Assembly: GCA_964492825.1 (NCBI GenBank)
Contig: CAZBLP010000001.1
Location: 11,054-75,053 of the forward strand
DNA: 64,000 nucleotides
DNA from: an uncultured bacterium
GTDB taxonomy: Bacteria > DYJV01
Reading direction: 5' to 3'
This document shows, one piece after another, positions 21,372 to 32,103 of this stretch. Under the pieces are notes generated by a model that was given only the letters and a program-made list of their open reading frames with translations, made no database searches and was not told the origin of the DNA. How positions within the stretch are numbered: position 1 is the stretch's first letter; the number at the start of each line of letters is the position of its first letter. Position numbers and translations under genes: made by a program.

Positions 21372-23207
21372 ATGCCCAAAAAGAAGGTAATTAACATTAA
21401 CAAGTTTTTAAAACAGGATAGCAGTAAATTTCAGTTAATTGACACAAAAGAGCCTAACCTGTTCAGAGAGTATTTCCCTTATACTGAAATTCCAAGGATA
21501 AAATTTGATAATACCATTGTTTTACCTTCAATGCCTGATGAAATTTTTATTACTGACACAACTTTCAGAGATGGTCAGCAGGCGAGACCTCCCTATAGTG
21601 CAGAGCAAATTGCTCATATTTTTGAACTGTTACACAGATTAGGCGGGCCTAACGGAGTTATTAGAAAATCAGAGTTTTTTCTATATTCAGACAAAGATAA
21701 AAAAGCTGTTGAATTATGCAAAGAAAAAGGATTTGAATTTCCAATAATTACAGGTTGGATAAGGGCTCATAAAGAAGATTTTAAGCTTGTTAAAGAAATG
21801 GAGTTGAAAGAAACAGGGATTTTAACTTCTGTTTCAGATTATCACATTTTTTTAAAAATGCATAAAACAAGAAAAGAAATTTTAAAGGATTATTTGGAAA
21901 TTATTGAAGCAGCAATAGAAAACAACATTGTTCCGAGATGCCATTTTGAAGATATTACAAGGGCTGATATTTTTGGTTTTGTAATACCATTTACCCAGAA
22001 ATTAATGAAAATACAGGAGCAGACTAAAATCCCAATTCTTATTAGATTGTGTGATACTATGGGGTATGGTGTGCCTTTTCCCAATGCAGCACTGCCAAGA
22101 GGTGTTCCAAAGCTTGTAAGGACTTTTGTAGATGAAGTGGGAGTTCCGCCAGAGAATCTCGAATGGCACGGTCATAATGATTTTCACAAAGTTTTAATAA
22201 ATGCCACTACTGCATGGCTTTACGGTTGTGCCGCTGCTAATGGTACGATTTTCGGTTTTGGCGAAAGAACGGGCAATCCGCCTATAGAAGCTCTGATAAT
22301 TGACTATATAAGTATTGCCGGTAATAACAATGCAATAGACACTACTGTTATTACTGAAATAAAAAATTATTTTGAACAGGAAATAGGTTTTCATATTCCG
22401 CCTAATTATCCATTTGTTGGTTCTGAATTTAATATTACAAGAGCAGGTATACATGCAGACGGTTTAATTAAAAATGAGGAAATTTACAATGTTTTTGATA
22501 CTACCAAAATTTTAAACAGACCTCCTTCAGTGGCAATTAATGATAAATCAGGTGCAGCTGGAATTGCACATTGGATTAATTCCCATTTTGGTTTAACAGG
22601 AAATAAGGTTATTAGCAAACACCACCCAGGGGTACAAAAAATATTCAGAAAAGTTAATAAAATGTATGATCAAGGCAGGACTACCGCTCTTTCTTCTGAA
22701 GAAATGGAGAAACTTGTTAGAAAATACCTACCTGATTATTTTATCTCAGAATTTGACGTTATTAAGGAAAAAGCCAAATCAATTGCACAGAATATTATAG
22801 AAGCAATTGTTGAAAAAGAAGCATTTAAAAAGCTTGATGTGCCTAAAATTGAGGAAGAACTTAAAAATCTTCTTTTTGAAAACTCATTTATTCAGTTTGC
22901 TTATGTGGTTGATCTTGAAGGCAATCAAATTACCAGAAATATTACACAACTTTATGAAATGGATAAATATTCGATTAACTGGATTAGAGGCAATCTTGCA
23001 GACAGAGACTGGTTTATTAATCCTATAAAAACAGGGAAAATCTATGTATCAAACCTTTTTAATTCAAAAATCACCAATGATTTATGTTTAACTGTAAGTC
23101 ATCCTATATGGAATGATAAAGATGAGATGATAGCCATAATCGGACTTGATATTAAGTTTGAAACCTTATTGAAAATTGAAGAAAGCATAGATATTGAAAG
23201 GAGTTAA
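21372..23207 (+). CDS. HMGL-like 2-alkylmalate synthase (LeuA/CimA/homocitrate-synthase family) catalytic domain fused to a C-terminal Cache-like ligand-binding domain
   Basis: DRE-TIM metallolyase motifs DTTFRDGQQ and EWHGHNDFHKVLINATTA...GFGERTGN. The last 150 aa or so contain DRDWFINPIKTGKIYVSNLFNSKITNDLCLTVSHPIWNDKDEMIAIIGLDIKFETL, which matches the Cache/PDC-sensor consensus (DRPWY...TGKPYVS...TG.PVIT...P......G...GV.G.D..L). There is no TM segment and no LeuA_dimer-like C-terminus. Confidence 0.7.
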   Translation: MPKKKVININKFLKQDSSKFQLIDTKEPNLFREYFPYTEIPRIKFDNTIVLPSMPDEIFITDTTFRDGQQARPPYSAEQIAHIFELLHRLGGPNGVIRKSEFFLYSDKDKKAVELCKEKGFEFPIITGWIRAHKEDFKLVKEMELKETGILTSVSDYHIFLKMHKTRKEILKDYLEIIEAAIENNIVPRCHFEDITRADIFGFVIPFTQKLMKIQEQTKIPILIRLCDTMGYGVPFPNAALPRGVPKLVRTFVDEVGVPPENLEWHGHNDFHKVLINATTAWLYGCAAANGTIFGFGERTGNPPIEALIIDYISIAGNNNAIDTTVITEIKNYFEQEIGFHIPPNYPFVGSEFNITRAGIHADGLIKNEEIYNVFDTTKILNRPPSVAINDKSGAAGIAHWINSHFGLTGNKVISKHHPGVQKIFRKVNKMYDQGRTTALSSEEMEKLVRKYLPDYFISEFDVIKEKAKSIAQNIIEAIVEKEAFKKLDVPKIEEELKNLLFENSFIQFAYVVDLEGNQITRNITQLYEMDKYSINWIRGNLADRDWFINPIKTGKIYVSNLFNSKITNDLCLTVSHPIWNDKDEMIAIIGLDIKFETLLKIEESIDIERS

Positions 23208-23209
23208 TA

Positions 23210-24469
23210 ATGGGTATGACTCTTGTTGAGAAAATTATCAGTATGAATGCAGGTAAAAATGTTAAAGCAGGTGAGATAGTTATTACTCCTGTTTCAGCAT
23301 GTCTCACTCAAGATGGTACAGGCCCTTTGGCTGTTGATCAGATTAATAAACTTGGAGTGGAAAAAATAAAAAATCCAGATAGAACATATATGTTTATAGA
23401 TCATGCTTCGCCAAGTCCGAGAAAAGAACTTTCAAATGACCATATAAAGCTGAGAAATTTTGCAAAAAAAATGGGTGCTCATCTGTTTGATATTGGTGAT
23501 GGCGTATGTCACCAGGTTGTTGCAGAACAATTTTTAAATCCCGGAGATATTTTAATAGGCGCAGATTCTCATACCTGTACTGGCGGAGGTTTAGGAGCTT
23601 TCAGCACAGGTATGGGCTCAACAGATGTTGCAATAGGCATAGCTTACGGCAAAACTTGGCTCAGAGTTCCTGAAACAATTAAAATTGAAATAACAGGTAA
23701 ATTCAATAAAGGAGTTTTTGCAAAAGATCTTATTTTACATATAATCGGTGAAATCGGAGCTGACGGAGCCACATATAAAGCTCTTGAATTTACAGGAGAA
23801 GCTGTTGGAGATTTTCAAATGGCTGATAGGTTGACTCTTGCAAATATGGCTGTGGAAGCAGGAGCTAAATGCGGACTTTTCCCGTCAGATGAAATTACAA
23901 AAAAATACCTTGAAGATAAAGGCAGAGGTGAAAAATTTATAGAAATATTTCCTGATAATAATGCCACTTATGAAAGAATTTTAAAAATAGATTTAGCATT
24001 AATTGAACCAATGGTATCTTTTCCTCATACTGTTGACAATGTTAGAAAAGTTACTGATGAGGATTGTAAAAATGTGCCTGTGCACCAGGTTTTTATTGGT
24101 ACATGTACAAATGGAAGAATTGAAGATTTAAGAGTGGCAGCAGATATTTTAAAAGGTAAAAAGAGAGCCAATGGCACAAGATTAATAGTAACTCCAGCTT
24201 CAAGAGAAGTTTACGGACAGGCAATCAAAGAAGGGCTTCTTGCTATTTTTAATGATGCTGGTGCGTCTATTAATAATCCAGGTTGCGGTGCATGTGTCGG
24301 AGTGCATCAAGGTATTTTAGGTGACAATGAAAACTGCCTGTCAACTCAGAACAGGAATTTTCAAGGAAGAATGGGCAATGTTAATGCTAATATTTATCTT
24401 TGCTCTCCTGCTACAGCAGCGGCATCTGCAATAGAAGGCAAAATTACTGATCCGAGGAAATATTTTTAA
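23210..24469 (+). CDS. 3-isopropylmalate/homoaconitate dehydratase large subunit, archaeal-type (LeuC/HacA-like)
   Basis: 419 aa with the aconitase-family motifs GADSHT and FIGTCTNGRIEDL...PGCGACVG. Starts 3 nt after the synthase stop. No LeuD-like small subunit follows. Confidence 0.8.
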   Translation: MGMTLVEKIISMNAGKNVKAGEIVITPVSACLTQDGTGPLAVDQINKLGVEKIKNPDRTYMFIDHASPSPRKELSNDHIKLRNFAKKMGAHLFDIGDGVCHQVVAEQFLNPGDILIGADSHTCTGGGLGAFSTGMGSTDVAIGIAYGKTWLRVPETIKIEITGKFNKGVFAKDLILHIIGEIGADGATYKALEFTGEAVGDFQMADRLTLANMAVEAGAKCGLFPSDEITKKYLEDKGRGEKFIEIFPDNNATYERILKIDLALIEPMVSFPHTVDNVRKVTDEDCKNVPVHQVFIGTCTNGRIEDLRVAADILKGKKRANGTRLIVTPASREVYGQAIKEGLLAIFNDAGASINNPGCGACVGVHQGILGDNENCLSTQNRNFQGRMGNVNANIYLCSPATAAASAIEGKITDPRKYF

Positions 24470-24903
24470 TGCCGTACAAAATTTGGATTGAACATAACAG
24501 GCTAAATGCCAAATATAAAATAAGAAATTATCATATAGATTCTTACGGGCATGTTAACAATGCTGTTTATATTCAATTTTTAGAAGATGCCAGGACGGAT
24601 TTTTTTGATTTTCTCGGATTTTCTCTAAGCTATCTTGCAAAGCAAAACATTTTTATTTATATTACTGAGATTAATATCAAATATCTGAAACCGGGTTATC
24701 TTGATGATATAATTGTAGTAACAGCATCCATGTTAAAACATTCCAAAATAAGAATTACATGGTTGCAGGAGATATTCAAGGGTAATGAAAAATTAACTAC
24801 AGCTGCTGTAACAGGTGCTTTTATGAATAAAGAGAAAAAACCGATTAAAATACCAGATTTTGTTTTGACAGAAATGGAAAAAATCAGTTTGGCCAATCAA
24901 TGA
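24469..24903 (+). CDS. Hotdog-fold acyl-CoA thioesterase (YbgC/4HBT family)
   Basis: 144 aa with the YbgC-type motif DSYGHVNNAVYIQFLEDAR. Its start overlaps the LeuC-like stop (TAATG). Confidence 0.7.
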   Translation: MPYKIWIEHNRLNAKYKIRNYHIDSYGHVNNAVYIQFLEDARTDFFDFLGFSLSYLAKQNIFIYITEINIKYLKPGYLDDIIVVTASMLKHSKIRITWLQEIFKGNEKLTTAAVTGAFMNKEKKPIKIPDFVLTEMEKISLANQ

Positions 24904-26135
24904 GCGGTTACGGATATTTAATTTTAGGAATACTTTTTTTAATTGATATTTTTGAGATATATCTTAAATATTTGAATCTCAGGCAGATTAAAGTATTAAA
25001 GAAAAAATGCCCTGAAAATGTAACAGAGGTTTTTGAAAAAGATAAATTGGAAAAGGCTTTGAATTATCAGGAGGAAAAAGAGAGGCTTGATATTTTTTCA
25101 AAAATTGTTGTTATTCCTTTTTTCTACGGAATCTTTGTTATTAGCATTGTCCAATCTTATTCAAATATAATTAATAACTCTTTTTCCGGTGAATTTTCAA
25201 GGGCAATTATATTTTTCATATCTTTTATAATTTTTAATTACATTTTGTCCTTACCTTTTAATATATATGATACTTTTGTTATTGAAAAAAAGTATGGTTT
25301 TAATAAAATGACACCAGCTCTTTATATTAAAGATACTGTTATAAGCGGAATTATATCACTTGTTCTGATATCTGTTATTGTTTTTGCAATTGTAGGTTTT
25401 ATTAAAAATACCGGTAATCTGTGGTGGTTTTTAGGAGCTGTTTTTACCGCACTGTTTTCTTTTTTTATAACATATATCTATCCTACGTTTATAGCGCCGT
25501 TATTTAATAAGTTTGAGCCAATAGATAATGAAGATTTGAAAAAAGAAGTTTTTAATCTTTCAAATAAAGCGGAATTTCCACTTGATAAAATATATAAGAT
25601 GGATGCATCCAAAAGGTCAAGTCATTCAAATGCTTATTTTACAGGTTTTGGTAAAAAAAAGAGGATAGTTTTGTTTGATACATTACTTAAGAATCATTCC
25701 ATTTCTGAAATTTTGGCAATTTTAGCTCATGAAATTGGCCATTACAAATTGGGACATATAAAAAAAATGCTTTTTATATCAGTTGTTTTTATTTTTATTG
25801 GCTTTTTCTTTGCAGGTAGCATAATAGACCAGCAATTTATTTACAATGCTTTTGGTTTTTCAAAAACAATTTACATAGGATTATTTATATGCATGATACT
25901 TTTTGCACCTTTTAACTTTGTTATTCAGCCATTTTTAGCTTTTTTATCAAGAAAACATGAATTTGAAGCTGATAATTTTGCTGTTAAATTAATTGAAAAA
26001 AAAGATGTTATAATTAATACTTTAATTAAACTCTACAAAGATAATCTTGCAAATCCAATGCCACACAGGTTATATAAAGTTTTTTATTATTCACATCCAA
26101 CTTTATTAGAAAGAATTGAGGAGATAAAAAAATGA
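24900..26135 (+). CDS. Ste24-type CAAX prenyl protease homolog (M48A, multi-pass membrane)
   Basis: Strong regional similarity to ZMPSTE24/Ste24: RIVLFDTLL, HEIGHYKLGH (Ste24 HELGHWKLGH), YSHPTLLERI (Ste24 YSHPPLLERL). The N-terminal half is hydrophobic with multiple TM segments. Overlaps the thioesterase stop (ATGA). Confidence 0.75.
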   Translation: MSGYGYLILGILFLIDIFEIYLKYLNLRQIKVLKKKCPENVTEVFEKDKLEKALNYQEEKERLDIFSKIVVIPFFYGIFVISIVQSYSNIINNSFSGEFSRAIIFFISFIIFNYILSLPFNIYDTFVIEKKYGFNKMTPALYIKDTVISGIISLVLISVIVFAIVGFIKNTGNLWWFLGAVFTALFSFFITYIYPTFIAPLFNKFEPIDNEDLKKEVFNLSNKAEFPLDKIYKMDASKRSSHSNAYFTGFGKKKRIVLFDTLLKNHSISEILAILAHEIGHYKLGHIKKMLFISVVFIFIGFFFAGSIIDQQFIYNAFGFSKTIYIGLFICMILFAPFNFVIQPFLAFLSRKHEFEADNFAVKLIEKKDVIINTLIKLYKDNLANPMPHRLYKVFYYSHPTLLERIEEIKK

Positions 26136-27448
26136 AGAAATTTCTGTTAATAATTATCTGTATAATAGTTCTCGGTTTAGCTGGTTTTATTAGTTTTTCT
26201 CCAATGTTTGAGAGAGTTCCACCTGTTGTGAAAGTTTATAGTAATAATTCATACTGGAATTTAAAGAGCGGTTTAAAAATAGAAATAACAGATAATACTG
26301 GTATTAAATCTGTTGATATAAGATTTGACAGATTTACCATGCATAAAGATTGTAATGGCAAAAAAAAGTTGGTTATTAATTTGAAAATTCCAAGAAGGCT
26401 ACATCTTTCCGAAGGAAAACATATTTTGAAAATAACTGCAATTGATATTAGCAAATGGCAGGTTTTTGCAGGTAATATGACCAGAAAAAAAATTGCAATT
26501 TCAGTTGACAAAAGAAAACCTCTGTTAAATGTTTTATCTCATTCTTACGGTATAGGAAGAGGCGGAGCTGCTCTTGTTATTTTTAAAGCAACAGATAAAA
26601 ACCTTGACAAAAGTTTGGTGATTGTAAATGACAAATATACTTTTAAAGTTTTCCCATATAAAAAAAAGGGATATTTTATAACATTAATTTCATGGCCTGT
26701 TAAAGAGGAAAAGTTTAAAGCTGTTGTTGTTGCCAAAGATAAAGCTTCGAATAAGTCCATACAATATCTGAATTTTTTTCATAAGAAATATGTTTACAAA
26801 TTATCAAAAATTACCCTGAACCAAAATTTTTTAGATAATAAAGTAAAGGAAATCCTAAATTCAGCAGATTATGAAATTCCTGAAGATTTTCTTGCAAGGT
26901 TCAAGTTAATGAATGAAAATTTGAGAAATCAGAATGAAACAAAATTAGAAAATATTACAAGAAGTTTTCCTGTAAATCTTATAAATAATTTTAAAATAAT
27001 TCCATTTCATCCTTTGAAAAATGCAGCGAGAAAAGCATCATTTGGAGATCACAGGTATTACTTTTTCAATAATAAAAAAATAAGTGAATCATGGCACCTT
27101 GGAGTTGACCTTGCAAGTATTAAAAATGCACCTATAAAATTAAACAATAACGGTAAAGTTGTTTATGGAAAATTTACAGGAATATATGGCAATACTTTAA
27201 TTGTTTACCATGGTCTTGGACTCTATTCATTATATGCTCATTGTTCCACATTTTTGGTTTCTGAGGGAGCAGAGGTTAAGAAGGGCACTGTTATTGCCAA
27301 AACAGGTGCAACAGGTGCAGTATTCGGAGATCATCTGCACTTTGCAATTTTTATACAAGGCATTGAGTCTCAGCCCCTTGAATGGTTTGACCCTCACTGG
27401 ATAAAGGATAATATTGTTAAAGTAATGAACAGTGCATATATTGAATAG
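26132..27448 (+). CDS. M23/LytM-family peptidase with N-terminal membrane anchor and uncharacterised middle domain
   Basis: C-terminal M23 motifs HLGVDLAS and TGATGAVFGDHLHFAIF (HxxxD...HxH). N-terminal TM helix. Overlaps the upstream gene by 4 nt. Confidence 0.65.
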   Translation: MKKFLLIIICIIVLGLAGFISFSPMFERVPPVVKVYSNNSYWNLKSGLKIEITDNTGIKSVDIRFDRFTMHKDCNGKKKLVINLKIPRRLHLSEGKHILKITAIDISKWQVFAGNMTRKKIAISVDKRKPLLNVLSHSYGIGRGGAALVIFKATDKNLDKSLVIVNDKYTFKVFPYKKKGYFITLISWPVKEEKFKAVVVAKDKASNKSIQYLNFFHKKYVYKLSKITLNQNFLDNKVKEILNSADYEIPEDFLARFKLMNENLRNQNETKLENITRSFPVNLINNFKIIPFHPLKNAARKASFGDHRYYFFNNKKISESWHLGVDLASIKNAPIKLNNNGKVVYGKFTGIYGNTLIVYHGLGLYSLYAHCSTFLVSEGAEVKKGTVIAKTGATGAVFGDHLHFAIFIQGIESQPLEWFDPHWIKDNIVKVMNSAYIE

Positions 27449-27468
27449 AAAGCTGGAAAGTAAATTCA

Positions 27469-27490
27469 GGGAGGCATTTTAATGCCTCCC
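27469..27490. terminator. Bidirectional terminator hairpin GGGAGGCA-ttttaa-TGCCTCCC between the convergent M23 and glyQ genes
   Basis: GC-rich perfect inverted repeat in an AT-rich intergenic region, followed by AAAACCTAAATTTATTTTTTT on the + strand. Confidence 0.55.
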
Positions 27491-27501
27491 AAAACCTAAA
27501 T

Positions 27502-28371
27502 TTATTTTTTTAGTAAAGGAAATCCCATTTCTTCTCTTTGTTTTAAATATTCTGTAGCACATAACCTTGCCAAATTTCTTATTCTTGCAATATATCCTGT
27601 ACGTTCTGTTACTGAAATTGCATTTCTTGCATCAAGCATATTAAATGTATGAGAGCATTTCAAGCAATAATCATAAGCTGGTAAAACTATTGCTTTTTCT
27701 ATTAATCTTCTTGATTCCTGCTCATACATATCAAAAAGTTTGAAAAGCATATTAATATCAGCTTCATCAAAGTTGTAAACCGAACCTTCCACTTCACCTC
27801 TATGGTGTATATCTCCATAGTTCAATTTATCATTCCATTTTAAATTATAAACATTATCCACACCTTGCAGATACATGGAAATTCTTTCTATGCCATAAGT
27901 TATCTCTCCTGAAACAGGATAAAGGTCAATACCTCCTGCTTGCTGAAAATAGGTAAACTGTGTTATTTCCATTCCGTCAAGCCAAACTTCCCAGCCAAGT
28001 CCCCATGCGCCTAAAGTAGGTGATTCCCAGTCATCTTCCACAAACCTTATGTCATGTTCAAGTGGATCTATTCCCAAGAATTTCAGGCTGTTCAGATATA
28101 CCTCCTGTATATCTTGCGGTGATGGCTTTAAAATAACTTGAAATTGATAGTAATGCTGTAATCTGTTGGGATTTTCTCCATATCTGCCGTCAGTGGGTCT
28201 CCTTGACGGTTCAACATATGCAACATTAAAAGGCTCAGGTCCTAAAACTCTAAGAAAAGTTGCAGGATTCATTGTCCCTGCGCCAACTTCAATATCATAA
28301 GGCTGCTGAATGATACATCCGTAATCAGCCCAAAATTTTTGTAAATTTAATACTACATCCTGAAAATTCAT
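27502..28371 (-). CDS. glyQ: Glycine--tRNA ligase alpha subunit
   Basis: 289 aa, highly conserved GlyQ sequence ([26 protein letters not shown]...). Confidence 0.9.
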   Translation of the reverse strand: MNFQDVVLNLQKFWADYGCIIQQPYDIEVGAGTMNPATFLRVLGPEPFNVAYVEPSRRPTDGRYGENPNRLQHYYQFQVILKPSPQDIQEVYLNSLKFLGIDPLEHDIRFVEDDWESPTLGAWGLGWEVWLDGMEITQFTYFQQAGGIDLYPVSGEITYGIERISMYLQGVDNVYNLKWNDKLNYGDIHHRGEVEGSVYNFDEADINMLFKLFDMYEQESRRLIEKAIVLPAYDYCLKCSHTFNMLDARNAISVTERTGYIARIRNLARLCATEYLKQREEMGFPLLKK

Positions 28372-28398
28372 TAACTCCTCCTGATATTATATCATGCG

Positions 28399-28821
28399 CT
28401 ATCTTTCATTTGTTTCAAATGCATTAAAAAAATATCTTGTTTCAAAATCTGCTGTTTCAACTGCATCAGAACCGTGAACAGCATTTTTTTCAATATCAGT
28501 TGCAAATAATTTTCTAATTGTACCTTCATCAGCGTTTTCCGGATTTGTTGCACCCATTAAATTTCTCCATTTAACAATAACATCTTCTCCTTCAAGAAGC
28601 ATTAACACAACAGGACCTGATGTCATAAAATCTATAAGGCTGCTAAAAAAAGGTTTGTCTTTATGAACATAATAAAAACCTTCTGCTTGTTTTCTTGTCA
28701 TTGTAACCATTTTTAATCCGCTAATTTTAATCCCGTTTTCTTCGATAATTGAAATAATTTTGCCAATAACATTTTTCTTAACAGCATCTGGCTTAATAAT
28801 ACCTAAACTTCTCTGATACAT
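28399..28821 (-). CDS. ndk: Nucleoside diphosphate kinase
   Basis: 140 aa with the NDK active-site region NAVHGSD and N-terminal [10 protein letters not shown]. Confidence 0.9.
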   Translation of the reverse strand: MYQRSLGIIKPDAVKKNVIGKIISIIEENGIKISGLKMVTMTRKQAEGFYYVHKDKPFFSSLIDFMTSGPVVLMLLEGEDVIVKWRNLMGATNPENADEGTIRKLFATDIEKNAVHGSDAVETADFETRYFFNAFETNER

Positions 28822-28850
28822 AAATTCCTCCTTTTATTTTTTATAATTAA

Positions 28851-29390
28851 TTAATCATTAAAATCAACAAATACGTTTTTATTTTTTATATTCAAATTTT
28901 CAGATTGACTTACAATATTCGACTTCATTTCAACTCTGTAATTATTTAATTTCATTTTTAGCTCAGGATTATTTAAAGAGATAATTTGTGCTGCAAAAAT
29001 TGCTGCATTTTTAGCCCCAGCTTTACCAATTGCCATAGTTGCAACTGGAATTCCTCCAGGCATTTGAACTATTGAGTATAAAGCATCAACACCATTTAAA
29101 GCTGTGGCTGACACAGGAATGCCTATTACAGGCAGGTTTGTCATTGCTGCCACCACACCTGGTAGATGTGCAGCTGCCCCTGCTGCAACAATAAATACTT
29201 TTGCTCCAGAGTCTTCTGAAAGTTTCACCCATTTTTCGGTTCTTTCAGGAGTCCTGTGAGCAGAGGTTACAATAAGCTTATAATTTATTGAAAATTTTTC
29301 AAAAATTTTAATTGTTTCTTCAATAATAGGATAATCTGATTGACTACCTATCATAATTGATACATCAAATTTATTCATAGAATCCTCCAC
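28851..29390 (-). CDS. purE: N5-carboxyaminoimidazole ribonucleotide mutase (PurE)
   Basis: PurE motifs IMIGSQSD and AGAAAHLPGVVAA. Confidence 0.85.
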   Translation of the reverse strand: MEDSMNKFDVSIMIGSQSDYPIIEETIKIFEKFSINYKLIVTSAHRTPERTEKWVKLSEDSGAKVFIVAAGAAAHLPGVVAAMTNLPVIGIPVSATALNGVDALYSIVQMPGGIPVATMAIGKAGAKNAAIFAAQIISLNNPELKMKLNNYRVEMKSNIVSQSENLNIKNKNVFVDFND

Positions 29391-29432
29391 AGTTTAGTTT
29401 AAAATATCTATTTTCTCTCCACTATTTTTATC

Positions 29433-32096
29433 CTATGAATACAGAATAGCTGCCTGAGCTGCTGCCAATCTTGCAATAGGAACTCTGTAAGGTGAACAGC
29501 TTACATAAGTCATGCCGATTTTATGGCAGAAATAAACAGATTCAGGGTCACCACCATGTTCACCGCAAATTCCAACTTTTAAATCAGGTCTTGTTGCTTT
29601 GCCTTTTTTAACCCCCATTTCCACTAATTGTCCCACTCCGTCAATATCAAGAGTTACAAAAGGGTCTTTTGGTAAAATTTTTATGTCAACATAATCCTTC
29701 AAGAATTTTCCTGCATCGTCCCTTGAAAAACCGAAAGTTGTCTGAGTTAAATCATTTGTACCAAAAGAGAAAAACTCTGCAAATCTTGCAATTTCATCAG
29801 CAGTTAATGCAGCTCTCGGTAATTCTATCATAGTGCCTACTTTGTATTCAATTTTAACATTGTAGGTATCAATTACTTCGTCAGCAACTCTGTTGGTCAT
29901 GTTTTTCAAAATTTCAAGTTCTTTATAAAGGCCTACCAGAGGAATCATAATTTCAGGTATAGCATCAATTCCTTCTTTTATACATTCGCAGGCTGCTTCC
30001 ATTATTGCCCTTACCTGCATTTCATAAATTTCAGGAAATGTTATTCCAAGCCTACATCCCCTATGACCTAACATTGGATTAAATTCATGCAATTTCTCAG
30101 ATAATTCTTTAATTTTTTCCACACTAACATTCATATTTTTTGCAACTTCCTGCATCTCTTTTTCTTCTTTTGGTAAAAATTCATGAAGAGGAGGGTCAAG
30201 AAGTCTTATAGTAACCGGCAATCCGTTCATTTCTTTAAAAATACCTTTAAAATCTTCTTTTTGATACGGTTTGACTTTTTCAAGAGCTTTTTCCCGCTCT
30301 TCTTTAGTTTCTGATAGAATCATTTCTCTTACAGCAATAATTCTGTCTCCTTCAAAGAACATATGCTCTGTTCTGCACAAGCCAATACCTTCTGCTCCGA
30401 ATTTTCTTGCTATTTCTGAATCATGAGGAGTATCAGCATTGGTTCTCACGCCTAACACTCTAACTTCATCAACCCATTTCATAAACTCACCAAATTCTCC
30501 TGTAAATTCCGGATTGATTCTTGGAACTTCTCCTTCAATTACTTCACCTGTGGAACCGTCCAGAGTTATAACATCTCCTTTTTTGAAAATTTTGCTGTTA
30601 ATTTTCATTTCCTGTTTCTCATTGTCAACACTTATTGCACTGCATCCTGAAACACAGCATTTTCCCATGCCTCTTGCAACAACAGCAGCATGTGATGTCA
30701 TACCACCTCTTGCAGTTAGAATTCCTTCTGCAGCATTCATTCCATGAATATCTTCAGGAGAAGTTTCTATTCTTACAAGAATGACTTTTTCACCTTTGCC
30801 TGCTAATTTTTCAGCCTCATCTGCACTAAATACTATTTTACCTGCAGCAGCACCTGGTGAAGCTGGTAATCCCCTGGCTATAACTTTTTTATCAGCTTTT
30901 GGATCAAGCATAGGATGGAGCAGTTGATCAAGCTGTGAAGGCTCAACACGCATTATAGCTTCTTTTTTATCAATTAATCCTTCTTTAACCATATCAACTG
31001 CTATTTTAACAGCTGCTTTTGCAGTTCGTTTGCCGTTTCTGGTTTGTAACATCCATAATTTGCCTTTTTCAATTGTAAATTCTATATCTTGCATATCACG
31101 GTAATGGTTTTCAAGTTTTAAATAAATTTCAACCAATTCTTTGTAAGATTCCGGCATTAACTGTTCCAATGTTGGCAGGTTTTTATTTTCATTATTTTTA
31201 GATGTTTCGTTAATAGGATTTGGAGTTCTGATTCCTGCAACAACATCTTCTCCCTGAGCATTAACAAGGAATTCTCCGAAAAATTTCTTTTCTCCTGTAG
31301 CCGGATCCCTGGTAAATGCAACACCTGTTGCAGAATCTTCACCTAAATTACCAAATACCATTGATTGAACATTTACAGCAGTACCCCATTCATCAGGTAT
31401 TCCATTTAATTTTCTATATGTAATAGCTCTTTGGTTGTTCCATGAGCCAAATACCGCACCTATTGATTCCCATAGCTGCTCTTCAGGGTTTTGCGGGAAA
31501 TCTTCTCCTGTTAGTTCTTTGTAAGTAATTTTTAAATTTACAACCAATTCCTTTAAATCATCAGCTGTTAATTCAGTGTCAAGTTTTACACCCCTTTTCT
31601 TTTTAATTTCTTCAAGAGGTTTTTCAAGTTTCTCAGAATCAATGCCTTTTACAACATTGCCGTACATTTGAATAAATCTTCTGTAACTATCAAAACTGAA
31701 CCTTTCGTTTCCTGCCTGTTTGGCAAGGCCTTGAACTGATTTGTCATTAAGACCGAGATTAAGAACAGTATCCATCATACCTGGCATTGAAACTCTTGCA
31801 CCTGACCTTACAGAAAACAGAAGAGGATTCTCAATACTTCCGAATTTTTTTCCTGTAATTTCTTCAACATTTTTTATAGCTTCTTTAACCTGTGATTCCA
31901 ATTCATCAGGATATTTATTGTTATTTTTATAATAATAAGTACAAACTTCAGTGGATATTGTAAAACCTGGAGGGACAGGAATACCAATATTAGCCATTTC
32001 AGCAAGGTTAGCACCTTTGCCGCCTAATAACTCTTTCATTTTGCCACTGCCATCTGCAGTTTTATTGCCGAAAAAATAAACATACTTTTCCATCAT
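29433..32096 (-). CDS. ppdK: Pyruvate, phosphate dikinase
   Basis: 887 aa with PEP-utilising enzyme regions, including the phospho-His region [15 protein letters not shown] and the C-terminal PEP-binding TIM barrel. Confidence 0.9.
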   Translation of the reverse strand: MMEKYVYFFGNKTADGSGKMKELLGGKGANLAEMANIGIPVPPGFTISTEVCTYYYKNNNKYPDELESQVKEAIKNVEEITGKKFGSIENPLLFSVRSGARVSMPGMMDTVLNLGLNDKSVQGLAKQAGNERFSFDSYRRFIQMYGNVVKGIDSEKLEKPLEEIKKKRGVKLDTELTADDLKELVVNLKITYKELTGEDFPQNPEEQLWESIGAVFGSWNNQRAITYRKLNGIPDEWGTAVNVQSMVFGNLGEDSATGVAFTRDPATGEKKFFGEFLVNAQGEDVVAGIRTPNPINETSKNNENKNLPTLEQLMPESYKELVEIYLKLENHYRDMQDIEFTIEKGKLWMLQTRNGKRTAKAAVKIAVDMVKEGLIDKKEAIMRVEPSQLDQLLHPMLDPKADKKVIARGLPASPGAAAGKIVFSADEAEKLAGKGEKVILVRIETSPEDIHGMNAAEGILTARGGMTSHAAVVARGMGKCCVSGCSAISVDNEKQEMKINSKIFKKGDVITLDGSTGEVIEGEVPRINPEFTGEFGEFMKWVDEVRVLGVRTNADTPHDSEIARKFGAEGIGLCRTEHMFFEGDRIIAVREMILSETKEEREKALEKVKPYQKEDFKGIFKEMNGLPVTIRLLDPPLHEFLPKEEKEMQEVAKNMNVSVEKIKELSEKLHEFNPMLGHRGCRLGITFPEIYEMQVRAIMEAACECIKEGIDAIPEIMIPLVGLYKELEILKNMTNRVADEVIDTYNVKIEYKVGTMIELPRAALTADEIARFAEFFSFGTNDLTQTTFGFSRDDAGKFLKDYVDIKILPKDPFVTLDIDGVGQLVEMGVKKGKATRPDLKVGICGEHGGDPESVYFCHKIGMTYVSCSPYRVPIARLAAAQAAILYS

Positions 32097-32103
32097 ATCC
32101 CCC

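Noticed and set aside
24469-24903. LeuD small subunit expected after LeuC
   Set aside because: The sequence has the YbgC/4HBT thioesterase motif (YGHVNNAVY) and none of the LeuD GS-rich swivel-domain motifs.
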